A DNA stretch of 58,689 nucleotides from an uncultured Pseudomonas sp. (GCA_964493255.1 CAZBNX010000001.1:8613-67301); one strand, 5' to 3'. Positions 1 through 10,641 are shown, numbered from the stretch's first letter. Notes: generated from the sequence alone by a model not told the origin. Numbers and translations are program-made.

Positions 1-196
1 GCGGCAGATGATGAGCATCGGGCGGATTATCGGCTTCGGCTAACGGGCGCGCGCGTAGCCACTGCGAGAGCTCCGGCCATGTGTGTTCCCAACGCAGTTG
101 CGGTGTTGTGAACGGTTTTTCACGCCACAACGCCGAATGTTCATGCAGAAAGGTGCCCAAGGCGTTGAAGCGTGTGCGGAGCTGCTCGGTGTGCAT
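1..196 (-). CDS. 5' part of a CDS running off the window; probable SAM-dependent methyltransferase (host backbone gene)
   Basis: Not in the ORF track. Translated by hand from ATG at 196: MHTEQLRTRFNALGTFLHEHSALWREKPFTTPQLRWEHTWPELSQWLRARPL..., open to the window edge. The RF..L..FL..H..LW...PF....L.WE...PEL..WL pattern resembles the N-terminus of a Pseudomonas methyltransferase family (from recall only). Confidence 0.5.
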   Translation of the reverse strand, partial: MHTEQLRTRFNALGTFLHEHSALWREKPFTTPQLRWEHTWPELSQWLRARPLAEADNPPDAHHLP

Positions 197-221
197 AAAA
201 AGTCAGCGTGTTTTTTTGCCG

Positions 222-1451
222 TTATTGCGCCAATTCGACGCGGTTGCGGCCACCTGCTTTGGCGGCGTAGAGGGCTTGGTCGGCGCGGCGGACGAGCTGG
301 TCTGGTGTTTCTTCCGGTTTGAGCTGCGCTACGCCAAGCGATACGGTGATTTTTCCCACTTCGTCATCGGTCATTTCTTCGACGTTGCTACGAACGCGCT
401 CGGCTAACTTGCTGGCTGTTTGTAAATCCGCTTCTGGAATGATGGCCAAAAATTCTTCACCACCCCAACGGATGAGCGTGTCTGCACCGCGCACGGAGCG
501 GCGTAACGCGGCACCAAATTGCGTCAGGATACGGTCACCGGAGGCATGGCCATAGGTGTCGTTTATGCGTTTGAAGTGGTCGATATCCGCCATGATGACG
601 CTGAGAGGGCGTTTGTAACGCACGGCTTGTCGCCATGCTTTGGTGAGTTGTTGCTCGCCAAAACTGCGATTATTGAGACCCGTTAAACGGTCGTGGAATG
701 CAAGGGCTTGCAGGGCCTTTTCACGCGCGACGTACTGGGTCATATCGCGGCTGATGCTGATGAAATGCGTGGCGTCACCGGCGTCATTGCGTACCGGCGT
801 GACGGTTTGTTCAATGTGCAACAGGGAGCCGTCACGATGGCGATTGGTGAACACGGCGGAAAAACCTTCGCCATGTTCAAGGTTACGCCACAACGATTGG
901 TAAAAATCTAAACCGTGCGGGCCAGAGCGTAGAGCGGTGGGTGTTTTGCCGATTATCTCGTTAGCGTGATAGCCGGTCTGAGACTCAAGGGCATGATTAG
1001 CAAAGAGAATGTTTCCATCTTCGTCGGTAATTAATACGCCGGTATTGGTGGCCTCTAGCGCCATTTGCAACAAATGAACACGCTCGGTACTTGGTGCTAA
1101 CGGCGTGTGTTGCTCGCGTAGGGTGGCAATCTGATATGTGAGTTGTCCGTGGGTATCGTGTATAGGAGAGAGGTTCCACTCCACGTTACTCAGTTCACCG
1201 TTGCGCTTTTTAAGCGGTGCTGTGAGTGAATTGCCTTGCCAGACGTTGCTGATTAAATAGGCGTCAACGCACAGAAATGCTAAAGATTTGCCTTGCAGGG
1301 TGTGGATGTCATAACCCGTGAAGGCGGCTAATGCCGGGTTTCCATGACAAATCAGCAAAGTTGATTGATGTGCTTCTAGAATGAGCGTCGGCTCACGCGA
1401 TTGCTCAAAAGCGGTTAAAAAAAACTGCGAAGAGAGAGTGGTAGATGTCAT
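222..1451 (-). CDS. PAS-PAS-GGDEF diguanylate cyclase
   Basis: Two PAS-like domains, then HDRLTGLNNR, DIDHFKRINDTYGH, an RGAD I-site five residues before RWGGEEF, and RADQALYAAKAGGRNRV. No transmembrane segment. Confidence 0.93.
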   Translation of the reverse strand: MTSTTLSSQFFLTAFEQSREPTLILEAHQSTLLICHGNPALAAFTGYDIHTLQGKSLAFLCVDAYLISNVWQGNSLTAPLKKRNGELSNVEWNLSPIHDTHGQLTYQIATLREQHTPLAPSTERVHLLQMALEATNTGVLITDEDGNILFANHALESQTGYHANEIIGKTPTALRSGPHGLDFYQSLWRNLEHGEGFSAVFTNRHRDGSLLHIEQTVTPVRNDAGDATHFISISRDMTQYVAREKALQALAFHDRLTGLNNRSFGEQQLTKAWRQAVRYKRPLSVIMADIDHFKRINDTYGHASGDRILTQFGAALRRSVRGADTLIRWGGEEFLAIIPEADLQTASKLAERVRSNVEEMTDDEVGKITVSLGVAQLKPEETPDQLVRRADQALYAAKAGGRNRVELAQ

Positions 1452-1461
1452 GCGACGCTCT

Positions 1462-1917
1462 TCAGGCTTTGGAAGACAGCCCTATCAGACTACGCCGCCG
1501 TGCCTGTCCGTTTGGCCCGTACAGCGACTGTCCGGCCGCTTCACTCAGAAAATTGAGAATGCGCTGATTTTGTTCCATACGCATTCTGATGGTTTGGCCA
1601 TTTAATTCATTGAGTTGCTTGGCGCGCTCGGCAAGGTCGATAAGGGTTTGCCATGCGTCAGAGCAACGGGCGTCGCGTGCGGCTTTTTCTGCACCGGCGC
1701 GGCCTTCTGGGTATCCCAAGCGGTGCTGCGCGCGCGTACGGATAGCTTCTAAACGCTCAATTTCGGCTAATACTTCACGTTTTCGTTCTGAAATTTTGGT
1801 TAGTTGTTGGCCGTCTATGGTTGCGGTGCTAATGAGGCGCTGTTCATGCTCCATTAAGCGGATACATTCACGCAAGACGTGTTGCTGGGTCGCAAGATGT
1901 TTGGCCAAGCTCATCAT
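1462..1917 (-). CDS. flgN: Flagellar export chaperone FlgN
   Basis: Follows flgM; helical protein with W...AKQLNELNG and the C-terminal LYGPNG motif. Confidence 0.9.
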   Translation of the reverse strand: MMSLAKHLATQQHVLRECIRLMEHEQRLISTATIDGQQLTKISERKREVLAEIERLEAIRTRAQHRLGYPEGRAGAEKAARDARCSDAWQTLIDLAERAKQLNELNGQTIRMRMEQNQRILNFLSEAAGQSLYGPNGQARRRSLIGLSSKA

Positions 1918-1944
1918 CTATCCGAAAAGCAAGCAGAGTAAAAA

Positions 1945-2214
1945 TCAACGGCCCAGCAATTCACGAACACTGTTGATAAGGCCGTCAGCGATACGTTCAG
2001 CGTTAAGGGTGAGTTTTCCCTCACTGATAGCCTGACGAATTTCTGCAACACGCGCTTCGTTAATATCTTGTGAGGTGTCGGTTTGTGCGTTGGCGCGCGC
2101 ACCGCCAGCGGGTGTGCTTTCGTGCGTGTTGGTTGTATGGCGTCCGCGACTTATGGGGTCTTTCCCGTCAGTAGGCGTCAAGCGAGTTATCAAGGGGGAG
2201 CTGTCGATTTTCAC
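1945..2214 (-). CDS. flgM: Anti-sigma-28 factor FlgM
   Basis: MKID start; C-terminal DINEARVAEIRQAISEGKLTLNAERIADGLI; lies between flgA and flgN. Confidence 0.93.
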   Translation of the reverse strand: MKIDSSPLITRLTPTDGKDPISRGRHTTNTHESTPAGGARANAQTDTSQDINEARVAEIRQAISEGKLTLNAERIADGLINSVRELLGR

Positions 2215-2251
2215 GGGAAGGTCTCTCGCATGGCAAATATTTCAGTCGCAC

Positions 2252-2278
2252 GTATCGGCAAAATGCTGACAAACTTGA
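2252..2278 (-). promoter_or_regulatory. Sigma-28 (FliA) promoter for flgM-flgN(-DGC)
   Basis: Minus strand TCAAGTTT...GCCGATAC, i.e. TCAA-N15-GCCGATAC versus consensus TAAA-N15-GCCGATAA. Confidence 0.85.
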
Positions 2279-2337
2279 GCGCCCATTAGAAAAAACCAAA
2301 ACCGCAAAACGCAACCTATTCTATCGAGCGTTACCAA

Positions 2338-3054
2338 TTACTGTAACAGTTGTAGATGGTTAGGCGCTACGACGCGCGCGCGCAAGGTTTCGCCTTTATC
2401 ATTTCGGATACGAATCTCGCTGTCTATTGAACCATCTTCCAGTGCGGTGCCTTCGCTACGAATGCGGAAACCCGCACCCATTACTTCGATGGTAACGCGC
2501 GCGCCTTTTTGCACGGCGGGGCGTTCGCGTAGCTGTGTCGATAACAAGGGCGTATCCGCTGTTAGCGCGCGTGTTGTTTGTAATCCGATGATTGTTTTGG
2601 GGTCGGTGAGTGTGTTGCGTGGCAGTGATTCCAGCGCGCCTTGGCGTATTTCCACCATATCGCTGCTGAGAATTTCGCCCATAGCGATGGCGCGGGTTGT
2701 GACAAGGTATTCGCTTTTCACGCTCACACGCACTGAAATGTAGCGTGTTGGCGCTTTTTCGCAGTGAACGCCCACTGTAAATCGCCCCAAAAGACGTGTT
2801 TGATGCGCGGGCAAAAACGGCTGCGGATTACGGCAAAGCGTCTGTGCATTAAGCGGTTGAATTTCGATGTCCCCGAATGTTTTTTGTTCGCGTAAAGCCT
2901 GTTCTAAAAAAGAGCGTACAGATTCTTCTAGGCGAACTGGCTCTGGTGGCGTGGATAAGGGTGGCGGCGGTTGTTCTTCGGCGAATGCGGTCACTGTGAA
3001 GCAGTTTCCACCCAGCCAACCGCTAATCAGCATAAAAAGTAATAAACGTGACAT
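2338..3054 (-). CDS. flgA: P-ring assembly chaperone FlgA
   Basis: Signal peptide, two Cys, SAF domain, GFRIRSEGTALEDG...IRIRN. Start refined to ATG 3054 after an AGGA RBS. Divergent from flgB. Confidence 0.9.
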   Translation of the reverse strand: MSRLLLFMLISGWLGGNCFTVTAFAEEQPPPPLSTPPEPVRLEESVRSFLEQALREQKTFGDIEIQPLNAQTLCRNPQPFLPAHQTRLLGRFTVGVHCEKAPTRYISVRVSVKSEYLVTTRAIAMGEILSSDMVEIRQGALESLPRNTLTDPKTIIGLQTTRALTADTPLLSTQLRERPAVQKGARVTIEVMGAGFRIRSEGTALEDGSIDSEIRIRNDKGETLRARVVAPNHLQLLQ

Positions 3055-3202
3055 ATCAGATTCCTGCACGGTTCTGTATCGAATTAGTGCGTACTAATGG
3101 GGACAGAATTAATTTACGAAAGGCCGCCTGTTTTTCTCATCATTGGCTTCTGTGCCGGTTTATCCTAAGCGTCAGCATTTCTCTGCCAAAAGGTCACAAT
3201 TC

Positions 3203-3622
3203 ATGCTCGACAAGCTCGATGGTGCGCTGCGTTTCCATCAAGAGGCCCTAAACTTGCGTGCGGAACGCCAGCAGGTCTTGGCGAATAACATCGCTAACGC
3301 AGATACTCCTCACTTCAAGGCGCGCGATTTTGATTTTGCCAATGCCCTTGAAAGTGCGCTAAAGGAAGGCCGACCAGCGGCAAATGGTATGGTGAGTCAG
3401 TTAGCGACAACGTCTCCCCTGCACCTTCAAGCTCAGTTAGCGCAACGAGAGTCTATGGCATTGTTGTATCGCACGCCTGAGCAACCAAGCCTAGACGGTA
3501 ACACCGTCGATATGGATAGAGAGCGTACAGAATTTGCAGATAACGCCGTGAAATATCAGGCTAGCTTGATGGTTTTAACAAGTCGCATCCAAGGTATTAA
3601 AACCGCCTTGCAACCCGAGTAA
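3203..3622 (+). CDS. flgB: Proximal rod protein FlgB
   Basis: [28 protein letters not shown] and [12 protein letters not shown]; start refined to ATG 3203. Confidence 0.96.
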   Translation: MLDKLDGALRFHQEALNLRAERQQVLANNIANADTPHFKARDFDFANALESALKEGRPAANGMVSQLATTSPLHLQAQLAQRESMALLYRTPEQPSLDGNTVDMDRERTEFADNAVKYQASLMVLTSRIQGIKTALQPE

Positions 3623-3633
3623 GGTAATTAACC

Positions 3634-4044
3634 GTGTCCATGTTTAGTATTTTTGAAATCTCAGGTTCAGCATTACGCGCCCAATCACAGCGCATGAATG
3701 TAACGGCCAGTAATTTAGCAAATACGGATAGTGTGGTTGGGCCAGATGGTCAACCGTACCGCGCTAGACAGGTTATATTTGAGGCCCGCCCTTTAGGGGG
3801 GAGCTCCAGTGTAGGCGGAGTGCAAGTAACGAAAGTAACTGAAAGTGATGCGCCTTTTCGGTTGGAATATCGTCCTGGGCATCCTTTGGCCAACGAGAGC
3901 GGTTATGTGCGTATGCCGAACGTGGAGCCAGTCAATGAAATGGTTAATATGATATCAGCGTCTCGTTCTTATCAAGCTAATATCGAAGTTCTAAATACAA
4001 ACAAACAACTCCTGCTCAAAACATTAACCTTGGGCGAAGGCTAG
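3634..4044 (+). CDS. flgC: Proximal rod protein FlgC
   Basis: [41 protein letters not shown]. Confidence 0.96.
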   Translation: MSMFSIFEISGSALRAQSQRMNVTASNLANTDSVVGPDGQPYRARQVIFEARPLGGSSSVGGVQVTKVTESDAPFRLEYRPGHPLANESGYVRMPNVEPVNEMVNMISASRSYQANIEVLNTNKQLLLKTLTLGEG

Positions 4045-4055
4045 AGAGATATATC

Positions 4056-4739
4056 ATGACAACGACAGCCAGCAGCACAGCGTTTAGTACCCAAACGCTG
4101 GATAAAGTAAACGGCACGAGCAGCACCACACAAAAAACGTCTGAAGAATTGCAAAATAATTTCATGACGTTATTGGTAACGCAATTAAAAAATCAAGACC
4201 CTTTAAAGCCATTAGAAAACTCTGAGCTGACATCGCAGTTAGCGCAAATTAATACGTTAAATGGTATCGAAAGTTTAAATACGACATTGCAATCTATTAC
4301 GGGTCAAATTGATGCCGGTCAAATGTTACAGGCTGCTTCGTTGGTGGGGCGTAGCGTATTAGTTCCGGGCGACCATGTTTTAGTAGGTAATTCGCAGGCA
4401 ACGCCATTCGGTTTTGAGTTAAATAGCGCCGCAGACGCTGTTACCGTTAGTATCGTAAATGGTGCAGGTAATGTTGTGCGTCAATTTGATTTGGGTGCTA
4501 TGCAGGCAGGCACAGAATCGTTCTCATGGGACGCGACGTTAAATGATGGCAGCCAAGCGCCTGATGGTGCATACCGTATAAAAATAGACGCCAAAACAGA
4601 AGATGGTAAAAGTGTTGATGTGACGACGCTAAGTTATGGCGAAGTAGGGTCAGTAGCAGCCAGCAGTAATGGGCCTTTATTAGACTTAGGCGCAACGCTG
4701 GGCAGAGTTCAATTAAGTAACGTCCGCCAGATTCTGTAA
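4056..4739 (+). CDS. flgD: Hook cap FlgD
   Basis: FMTLLVTQLKNQDPLKP...SQLAQI motif. Confidence 0.95.
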   Translation: MTTTASSTAFSTQTLDKVNGTSSTTQKTSEELQNNFMTLLVTQLKNQDPLKPLENSELTSQLAQINTLNGIESLNTTLQSITGQIDAGQMLQAASLVGRSVLVPGDHVLVGNSQATPFGFELNSAADAVTVSIVNGAGNVVRQFDLGAMQAGTESFSWDATLNDGSQAPDGAYRIKIDAKTEDGKSVDVTTLSYGEVGSVAASSNGPLLDLGATLGRVQLSNVRQIL

Positions 4740-4799
4740 CGCATATCAAAAAAATTATCTATACAGAGCAATTTTTATTGCTTTTGTGTTAAGGAGAGA

Positions 4800-6146
4800 G
4801 TGATGGGTTTTTCTCAAGCACTGAGTGGTCTTAGTGCAGCAACTACAAATCTGGACGTTATTGGTAACAACGTTGCGAACTCGCAGACAGTGGGTTTTAA
4901 AAGTTCCTCCACGACGTTTGCGGATGTTTATGCCAATTCGCGTATTGGTTTGGGTGTGCGTGCGTCCGGTGTTGTACAAAATTTTACGCGCGGCAACTTA
5001 GAAACAACGGGGCGCTCGCTAGACTTGGCGATCAGTGGCGATGGTTTTTTTAAATTACAACAGGGTGGCCAAGTTATTTATTCGCGGAATGGTCAATTAA
5101 CGCTCACAACTGAAGGCTATTTAGAAAATGCCCAAGGTGGACGTTTAATGACAGGTAACGATATTATCAAGGTACCTGCTACTGCGATGACGGCATCGGC
5201 AACTACACGATTAGAGTCCGAGTATAACTTACAAGCCAGTTCGCTAGCACCTGCCCGCGCACCTTTTAGCGCGCAAGATTCTGGTACTTATAATTATGCA
5301 AGTACCGCGACTGTTTATGATTCGCTTGGTAATCCGCACCAATTAACGACCTATTTTGTGAAGTTGGATCCAGCCGTAAATAATAAATGGCAGATGTATG
5401 CTACGCTGGACGGTAAAGAGCTAACAGCAAAGCAAGTTGATGCCGAAGGAAATATTATTGAGCCTGCTACTGAAATAGTACCAACATTAACATTCAGCAA
5501 TAATGGTACTCTGTTACCAACAGTGCCGCGCCGTACCGATTTTGCGGATACCCAAGCGGGGCAAGCAGCATATGATGCCGCGCTGGTTACTTATAATACA
5601 GACGTAAATAATTCATACGCAGCTACCTTTAGTATGCCCGCTCGTTCTACCGAAGCAACAGGTTCAACGGTTGCAGTTCAAGGCTTAGATAATGGTGCGG
5701 ATGTTTTAGTTTTTAAGATGGATTTAACAGGAACAACACAGTTCGGTAATGAGTTTGACCAAGCAAAATTGACGCAAAATGGTTATGCGGGCGGTAGCTT
5801 GGTAGGCGTTACTATTGATAAAAGCGGTAATATTGTCGGTAACTATTCAAACGACCAACAGCAAACTGTTGCCAGTGTTTTATTAGCTTCGTTCCGTAAT
5901 GCAGAAGGTTTAAAGCCAGCCGGTGATAATGGTTGGATTGAAACTAACGAATCTGGACAGCCCTTATTAGGGGTGCCAGGTGTTGGACGTTTTGGCGCAT
6001 TGCAGGGTGGTGCATTAGAGGCTTCTAACGTCGATTTAACTCGGCAATTAGTGAATCTAATTGTAGCGCAGCGTACCTTCCAAGCAAACGCGCAAGCCGT
6101 TAAAACGCAAAGTGAAGTGTTGCAAGAAACGGTTAACCTGCGTTAA
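4800..6146 (+). CDS. flgE: Hook protein FlgE
   Basis: ALSGL..LDVIGNNVANSQTVGFK, TGRSLDLAISGDGFF, GALEASNVDL..LIVAQRTFQAN. Confidence 0.96.
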   Translation: MMGFSQALSGLSAATTNLDVIGNNVANSQTVGFKSSSTTFADVYANSRIGLGVRASGVVQNFTRGNLETTGRSLDLAISGDGFFKLQQGGQVIYSRNGQLTLTTEGYLENAQGGRLMTGNDIIKVPATAMTASATTRLESEYNLQASSLAPARAPFSAQDSGTYNYASTATVYDSLGNPHQLTTYFVKLDPAVNNKWQMYATLDGKELTAKQVDAEGNIIEPATEIVPTLTFSNNGTLLPTVPRRTDFADTQAGQAAYDAALVTYNTDVNNSYAATFSMPARSTEATGSTVAVQGLDNGADVLVFKMDLTGTTQFGNEFDQAKLTQNGYAGGSLVGVTIDKSGNIVGNYSNDQQQTVASVLLASFRNAEGLKPAGDNGWIETNESGQPLLGVPGVGRFGALQGGALEASNVDLTRQLVNLIVAQRTFQANAQAVKTQSEVLQETVNLR

Positions 6147-6162
6147 TTATCGGGGATAACTG

Positions 6163-6900
6163 ATGGATCATATGCTTTATACCGCAATGAGTGGCGCACG
6201 GCAGGCGTTAGATCAGCAGGCGGTTGTTACGCATAATCTGGCGAACGTCACGACGCCCGGTTTTCGTGCTCAATTACATGCAGCCCGCGCTGTTGAAGTG
6301 CGCGGGGATGGATTATTAACGCGCGCAATGACGCAATCTACTACGCCTATTGCAGATTTTTCCCCTGGAGCTATTAGTACAAGCGGGCGCGAGCTTGATG
6401 TTGCTATTATGGGGAAAGGCTGGTTAGCAGTGCAGGCGCAGGATGGTAGTGAAGCCTATACCCGCCGTGGTGATATTCAAGTTAATAATGAAGGTATGTT
6501 ACTGATTGCGGGTCGTCCTGTTATTGGTGATGGTGGCCCTATTAATGTGCCTCAAGGTAGTCAAGTTGCTATCGGTAGTGACGGTACTATTAGTGTGCGT
6601 GGTCAGGGTGATGCGGCTACGAACGTGGCCGCTGTTGGGCGTTTAAAATTAGTAGCAGCCCCTGAACCAGGGTTATTGCGTGGTGGCGATGGTTTATTTC
6701 GAACACGCAATAATCAGCCTTTACAGGCAGATGAAACGATACGATTAGCCAGTGGTGCGCTTGAGGGGAGTAATGTGAGTCCCACTGAAGCCATGGTGTC
6801 GTTAATAGATAATGCACGTCGTTATGAAATGCACATGCAAAGTATTAGTACCGCTAAAGATGACGCCCAGCGTGCGAATAGCATTTTATCGTTGAGTTAA
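6163..6900 (+). CDS. flgF: Proximal rod protein FlgF
   Basis: MDHMLYTAMSGA, NLANVTTPGFR, EAYTRRG, LEGSNV. Confidence 0.95.
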   Translation: MDHMLYTAMSGARQALDQQAVVTHNLANVTTPGFRAQLHAARAVEVRGDGLLTRAMTQSTTPIADFSPGAISTSGRELDVAIMGKGWLAVQAQDGSEAYTRRGDIQVNNEGMLLIAGRPVIGDGGPINVPQGSQVAIGSDGTISVRGQGDAATNVAAVGRLKLVAAPEPGLLRGGDGLFRTRNNQPLQADETIRLASGALEGSNVSPTEAMVSLIDNARRYEMHMQSISTAKDDAQRANSILSLS

Positions 6901-6922
6901 TAGCTGATACGGAGAAAATAGT

Positions 6923-7705
6923 ATGATTAGATCATTGTGGACAGCGAAAACGGGATTAGAAGCGCAACAAACACAGCTTGATGTTATTGCGAATAACTTA
7001 GCTAACGTCAGCACCAGTGGATTTAAAAAATCGCGTGCTGTATTTGAAGATTTGTTGTATCAGAATTTACGCCAGCCAGGTGGCCAAAATACAACACAAA
7101 CCCAATTACCTTCAGGTTTACAATTAGGAACAGGGGTTCGTCCTGTGGCTACTGAGCGTTTACACACGCAAGGTAGTTTGCAGAACACCGGAAATTCCCG
7201 TGATTTGGCTATTAGTGGGAATGGCTTTTTCAAGGTTTTAATGCCAGATGGTACGGCAGCCTATACCCGTGACGGCAGCTTTCAGATTAATCAAAACGGT
7301 CAATTAGTAACCGCCAGTGGTTATCCTATAGATCCAGCGATAACGATTCCAGCTAATGCGTTAAGTGTAACAGTAGGGCCAGATGGTACTGTGAGTATCA
7401 CGGAGCCTGGTAATGCACAAGGCACGCAAGTAGGCCAAATTTCGATTACGCAATTTATTAATCCAGCCGGTTTAGAATCAGTTGGTGAGAATTTATTAGC
7501 AGAAACTACATCATCAGGAACGCCAACGGAGGGAGTTCCCGGAACTAATGGCGCAGGTCGTATTTATCAAAATTACGTTGAAACGTCGAATGTTAATGTT
7601 GTTGAAGAAATGGTGAGTATGATTCAAACGCAACGCGCGTATGAAATAAATAGCAAAGCTATTACAACGTCCGATGAAATGTTAGGCCGACTGACACAGT
7701 TGTGA
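6923..7705 (+). CDS. flgG: Distal rod protein FlgG
   Basis: [36 protein letters not shown]; 260 aa. Confidence 0.97.
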   Translation: MIRSLWTAKTGLEAQQTQLDVIANNLANVSTSGFKKSRAVFEDLLYQNLRQPGGQNTTQTQLPSGLQLGTGVRPVATERLHTQGSLQNTGNSRDLAISGNGFFKVLMPDGTAAYTRDGSFQINQNGQLVTASGYPIDPAITIPANALSVTVGPDGTVSITEPGNAQGTQVGQISITQFINPAGLESVGENLLAETTSSGTPTEGVPGTNGAGRIYQNYVETSNVNVVEEMVSMIQTQRAYEINSKAITTSDEMLGRLTQL

Positions 7706-7713
7706 GGCATTTA

Positions 7714-8403
7714 ATGGCATATAAATCGCGCGTAATACGTCAGGTTGTAAAAGTGGCGCTATGTGCTATTGGGTTGTTGGCAGTGGGGTGCGCCCAGTTA
7801 CCGCGCCCCTCTGTTGTCGGCGAGCGTGAACAACCTGTCGTGCCGTTGCGGCCCATGCCGCAGGCAAATGGCGCTATTTTTCAAGCCAGTTATGGCTATC
7901 AGCCGTTATTTGAGGATCGTCGCCCGCGTATGGTGGGCGATATTCTCACTATTGTGCTCAATGAGCAGGTCAGTGCTAGTAAAAGTTCAGCAGCTAATGC
8001 AACCCGTGATGGCAGTGCCAGTTTTACGCCGACTATTATGCCGCAAGGTTTACGCGGTCTTGGTAATTTAGCTGCTGAAGTAGAAGGTCAAAATGATTTC
8101 GCCGGTAGTGGCGGCGCGCAGGCAAATAACTCTTTTACAGGTACGCTCACTGTTTCGGTGGTTGAAGTTATGCCGAACGGTAATTTAAAAGTACATGGCG
8201 AAAAACAAATCGCTATTAATCAAGGTACCGAGTTTATTCGTTTTTCAGGAATAGTGAATCCACGCACTATTACTGGTCAAAACACTGTCCCTTCAACTCA
8301 AGTGGCCGAAGCGCGTATTGAGTATATTGGTGATGGTTATATTAACGAAGCGCAGACAATGGGTTGGTTGCAGCGCTTTTTCCTAAACGTGTCGCCTTTC
8401 TGA
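7714..8403 (+). CDS. flgH: L-ring lipoprotein FlgH
   Basis: Lipobox [32 protein letters not shown]; start refined to ATG 7714. Confidence 0.95.
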   Translation: MAYKSRVIRQVVKVALCAIGLLAVGCAQLPRPSVVGEREQPVVPLRPMPQANGAIFQASYGYQPLFEDRRPRMVGDILTIVLNEQVSASKSSAANATRDGSASFTPTIMPQGLRGLGNLAAEVEGQNDFAGSGGAQANNSFTGTLTVSVVEVMPNGNLKVHGEKQIAINQGTEFIRFSGIVNPRTITGQNTVPSTQVAEARIEYIGDGYINEAQTMGWLQRFFLNVSPF

Positions 8404-9551
8404 TGAAAAAAATAGCTGAATATGTTGCCGCTTTACTGGCTGCTGGTCGTAGTACGCTGGTCGCTGGCTTATTAGCGATAGGGTGTGTATGGGTGCCTGC
8501 GGTACAGGCTGACCGTGTGCGCGATATGACGGATTTTGCGGGTGTTCGTGAAAATGCCTTGGTAGGTTATGGACTTATCATCGGTTTAGATGGTACTGGT
8601 GACCAAACTACTCAGGCACCTTTTACGGGGCAAGGCTTGACGAACATGTTATCTCAATTAGGTGTAACTGTTCCTGCGGGCACCAATATGCAGCTAAAAA
8701 ATATCGCAGCGGTCATGGTTACGGCTAAACTTCCGCCTTTTACGCGCCCTGGTCAGCAATTAGATATTGTAGTTTCTTCAATTGGTAATGCGCGGAGTTT
8801 ACGCGGTGGCACATTATTAATGACGCCATTAAAAGGTATGGATGGTGATACCTACGCTGTTGCTCAAGGTAATTTATTAATGAGCGGTGCCGGTGCTGAA
8901 GCCAATGGTAGCAGTGTGCAAATAAACCAACAAGCAGGTGGGCGTATTCCGCGTGGTGCAACAGTTGAGCGGGAAGTTCCTTTACAATTAGGTAGAAATA
9001 ACGGTGATTTAGATTTATATCTACGTCAGCCTGATTTTGCGTCAGCTCAGCGTATTGTAAATGCTATTAATCGAGAGTTTGGGCGTTCGGTTGCTACTGC
9101 TCAAGATGGTGGTTTAATTCGCCTGCAAGGCCCGCTTTCTCCTAATGAACGTGTTAATTTCATGGCGCGTATACAGAATGTAGAAGTATCGCCTATCGAC
9201 CCGGTGCCAAAAGTTATTTTAAATTCACGAAATGGTGCCGTTGTACTTAACGGTGAAGTTAAATTAGGTCGTGCGGCAGTAGCGCATGGAAATTTATCAA
9301 TTGTTATTGATACGGATACACCCGTAAGTCAGCCTAATGCGTTAGCAGGCGGGCAAACAGTGGCAGCACCCCGTAGCAATGTTTCTGTTCAGCAAAAAGG
9401 AACGGCTCTTCGTATGATTGAAGGGGGAGCTGATTTAGCCGATGTGGTGAAAGCATTAAATGCGCTGGGTGCAACGCCGCAAGATTTAATGTCTATTTTA
9501 GAAGCACTAAAAGCGGCAGGAGCGTTGCGCGCAGAACTGGAGATTATCTAA
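8403..9551 (+). CDS. flgI: P-ring protein FlgI
   Basis: GVRENALVGYGLIIGLDGTGD, SLRGGTLLMTPL, AGALRAELEII; TGATG overlap with the flgH stop. Confidence 0.96.
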   Translation: MKKIAEYVAALLAAGRSTLVAGLLAIGCVWVPAVQADRVRDMTDFAGVRENALVGYGLIIGLDGTGDQTTQAPFTGQGLTNMLSQLGVTVPAGTNMQLKNIAAVMVTAKLPPFTRPGQQLDIVVSSIGNARSLRGGTLLMTPLKGMDGDTYAVAQGNLLMSGAGAEANGSSVQINQQAGGRIPRGATVEREVPLQLGRNNGDLDLYLRQPDFASAQRIVNAINREFGRSVATAQDGGLIRLQGPLSPNERVNFMARIQNVEVSPIDPVPKVILNSRNGAVVLNGEVKLGRAAVAHGNLSIVIDTDTPVSQPNALAGGQTVAAPRSNVSVQQKGTALRMIEGGADLADVVKALNALGATPQDLMSILEALKAAGALRAELEII

Positions 9552-10631
9552 ATGACGATGACAGGTTTATCTCCGCGTAGTGCAATAGATTTACAGGGTT
9601 TACAGCGGCTCAAGCAAACAGCGCGCTCTGAATCAGGACAGGCTGAAGCATTACAAGAAGCTAGCCGACAATTTGAAGCATTATTTTTACAAATGATGCT
9701 AAAAAGTATGCGTGATGCCACTCCGACATCTGGCTTGTTAGATAGCCCACAACAGGATATGTATACGGAAATGCTGGATCAGCAATGGTCGCAGCAGTTA
9801 GCTGGGCAGGGAGTTGGAGTTTCAGAACAATTAATACGTCAATTACAACAACAATTGCCGCAGGACCAACAAGCCTTATTAGCCTCTGCGCGTGCTAATA
9901 AAGCCCGTCGTACTGTACAAGTTAATAACAATAGTGTTGATCCACTCACTGGAATTCCGCAGATAACACCGCGTCCACTGTATGGTAGTATTACGGTGGC
10001 TAAAACTCTGACGGCGTTAGAAACGCAGCGCAATAAATCGGAGGCTATGAATGTTCCCTCCCCATTCCGTAATTCATCTAAAATAAATAATACTGAAAGT
10101 AAAAAATCAGATGTTCAAGGTCGTCCTGTACATATTCAAAATTTCTTCAATGCGTTTGAAGCGCCTGCCCGCGCAGCGAGTGCTATGAGCGGAGTTCCTG
10201 CTGAATTAATTATGGCGCAAGCAGCATTAGAAACAGGCTGGGGACGTCAGCAAATTCCCACGGGGAATGGGGGTAATAGCCATAATTTATTTGGAATAAA
10301 AGCAAATAGCACTTGGAAAGGTACTACGACGGCTGTAACGACTACTGAATTTATTGAAGGCGTGGCACAAGAGCGTGTAGAGAGTTTTCGTGTTTATCCT
10401 TCCTACCATGCTGCGTTTGCAGATTATGCGCGTTTAATTAGTAATAATCCTCGTTATGCGGGAGTTATTTCTGCCAGTACGCCAGCTCAAGCAGCGCGTG
10501 CGCTTCAACAAGGCGGTTATGCCACAGACCCTAATTATGCAAACAAACTGATTGCTATCATGAAAAATATGGGTTCTGTAGACGAAAAACAAGCACCCCT
10601 GTTCGCACGCGGTGATCAAAAAACAAACTGA
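9552..10631 (+). CDS. flgJ: Rod cap / peptidoglycan hydrolase FlgJ
   Basis: QFEALFLQMMLKSMRDA rod-cap domain plus a glucosaminidase domain (AQAALETGWG, NLFGIKA, GYATDPNYA). Confidence 0.95.
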   Translation: MTMTGLSPRSAIDLQGLQRLKQTARSESGQAEALQEASRQFEALFLQMMLKSMRDATPTSGLLDSPQQDMYTEMLDQQWSQQLAGQGVGVSEQLIRQLQQQLPQDQQALLASARANKARRTVQVNNNSVDPLTGIPQITPRPLYGSITVAKTLTALETQRNKSEAMNVPSPFRNSSKINNTESKKSDVQGRPVHIQNFFNAFEAPARAASAMSGVPAELIMAQAALETGWGRQQIPTGNGGNSHNLFGIKANSTWKGTTTAVTTTEFIEGVAQERVESFRVYPSYHAAFADYARLISNNPRYAGVISASTPAQAARALQQGGYATDPNYANKLIAIMKNMGSVDEKQAPLFARGDQKTN

Positions 10632-10641
10632 CGCTCTCGCC

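Noticed and set aside
1-222. att direct repeat of the tRNA-Phe 3' end, or an integrase
   Set aside because: No copy of the tRNA 3' end is visible at the left boundary, and no recombinase or transposase ORF is in the window, so no mobile element was called.
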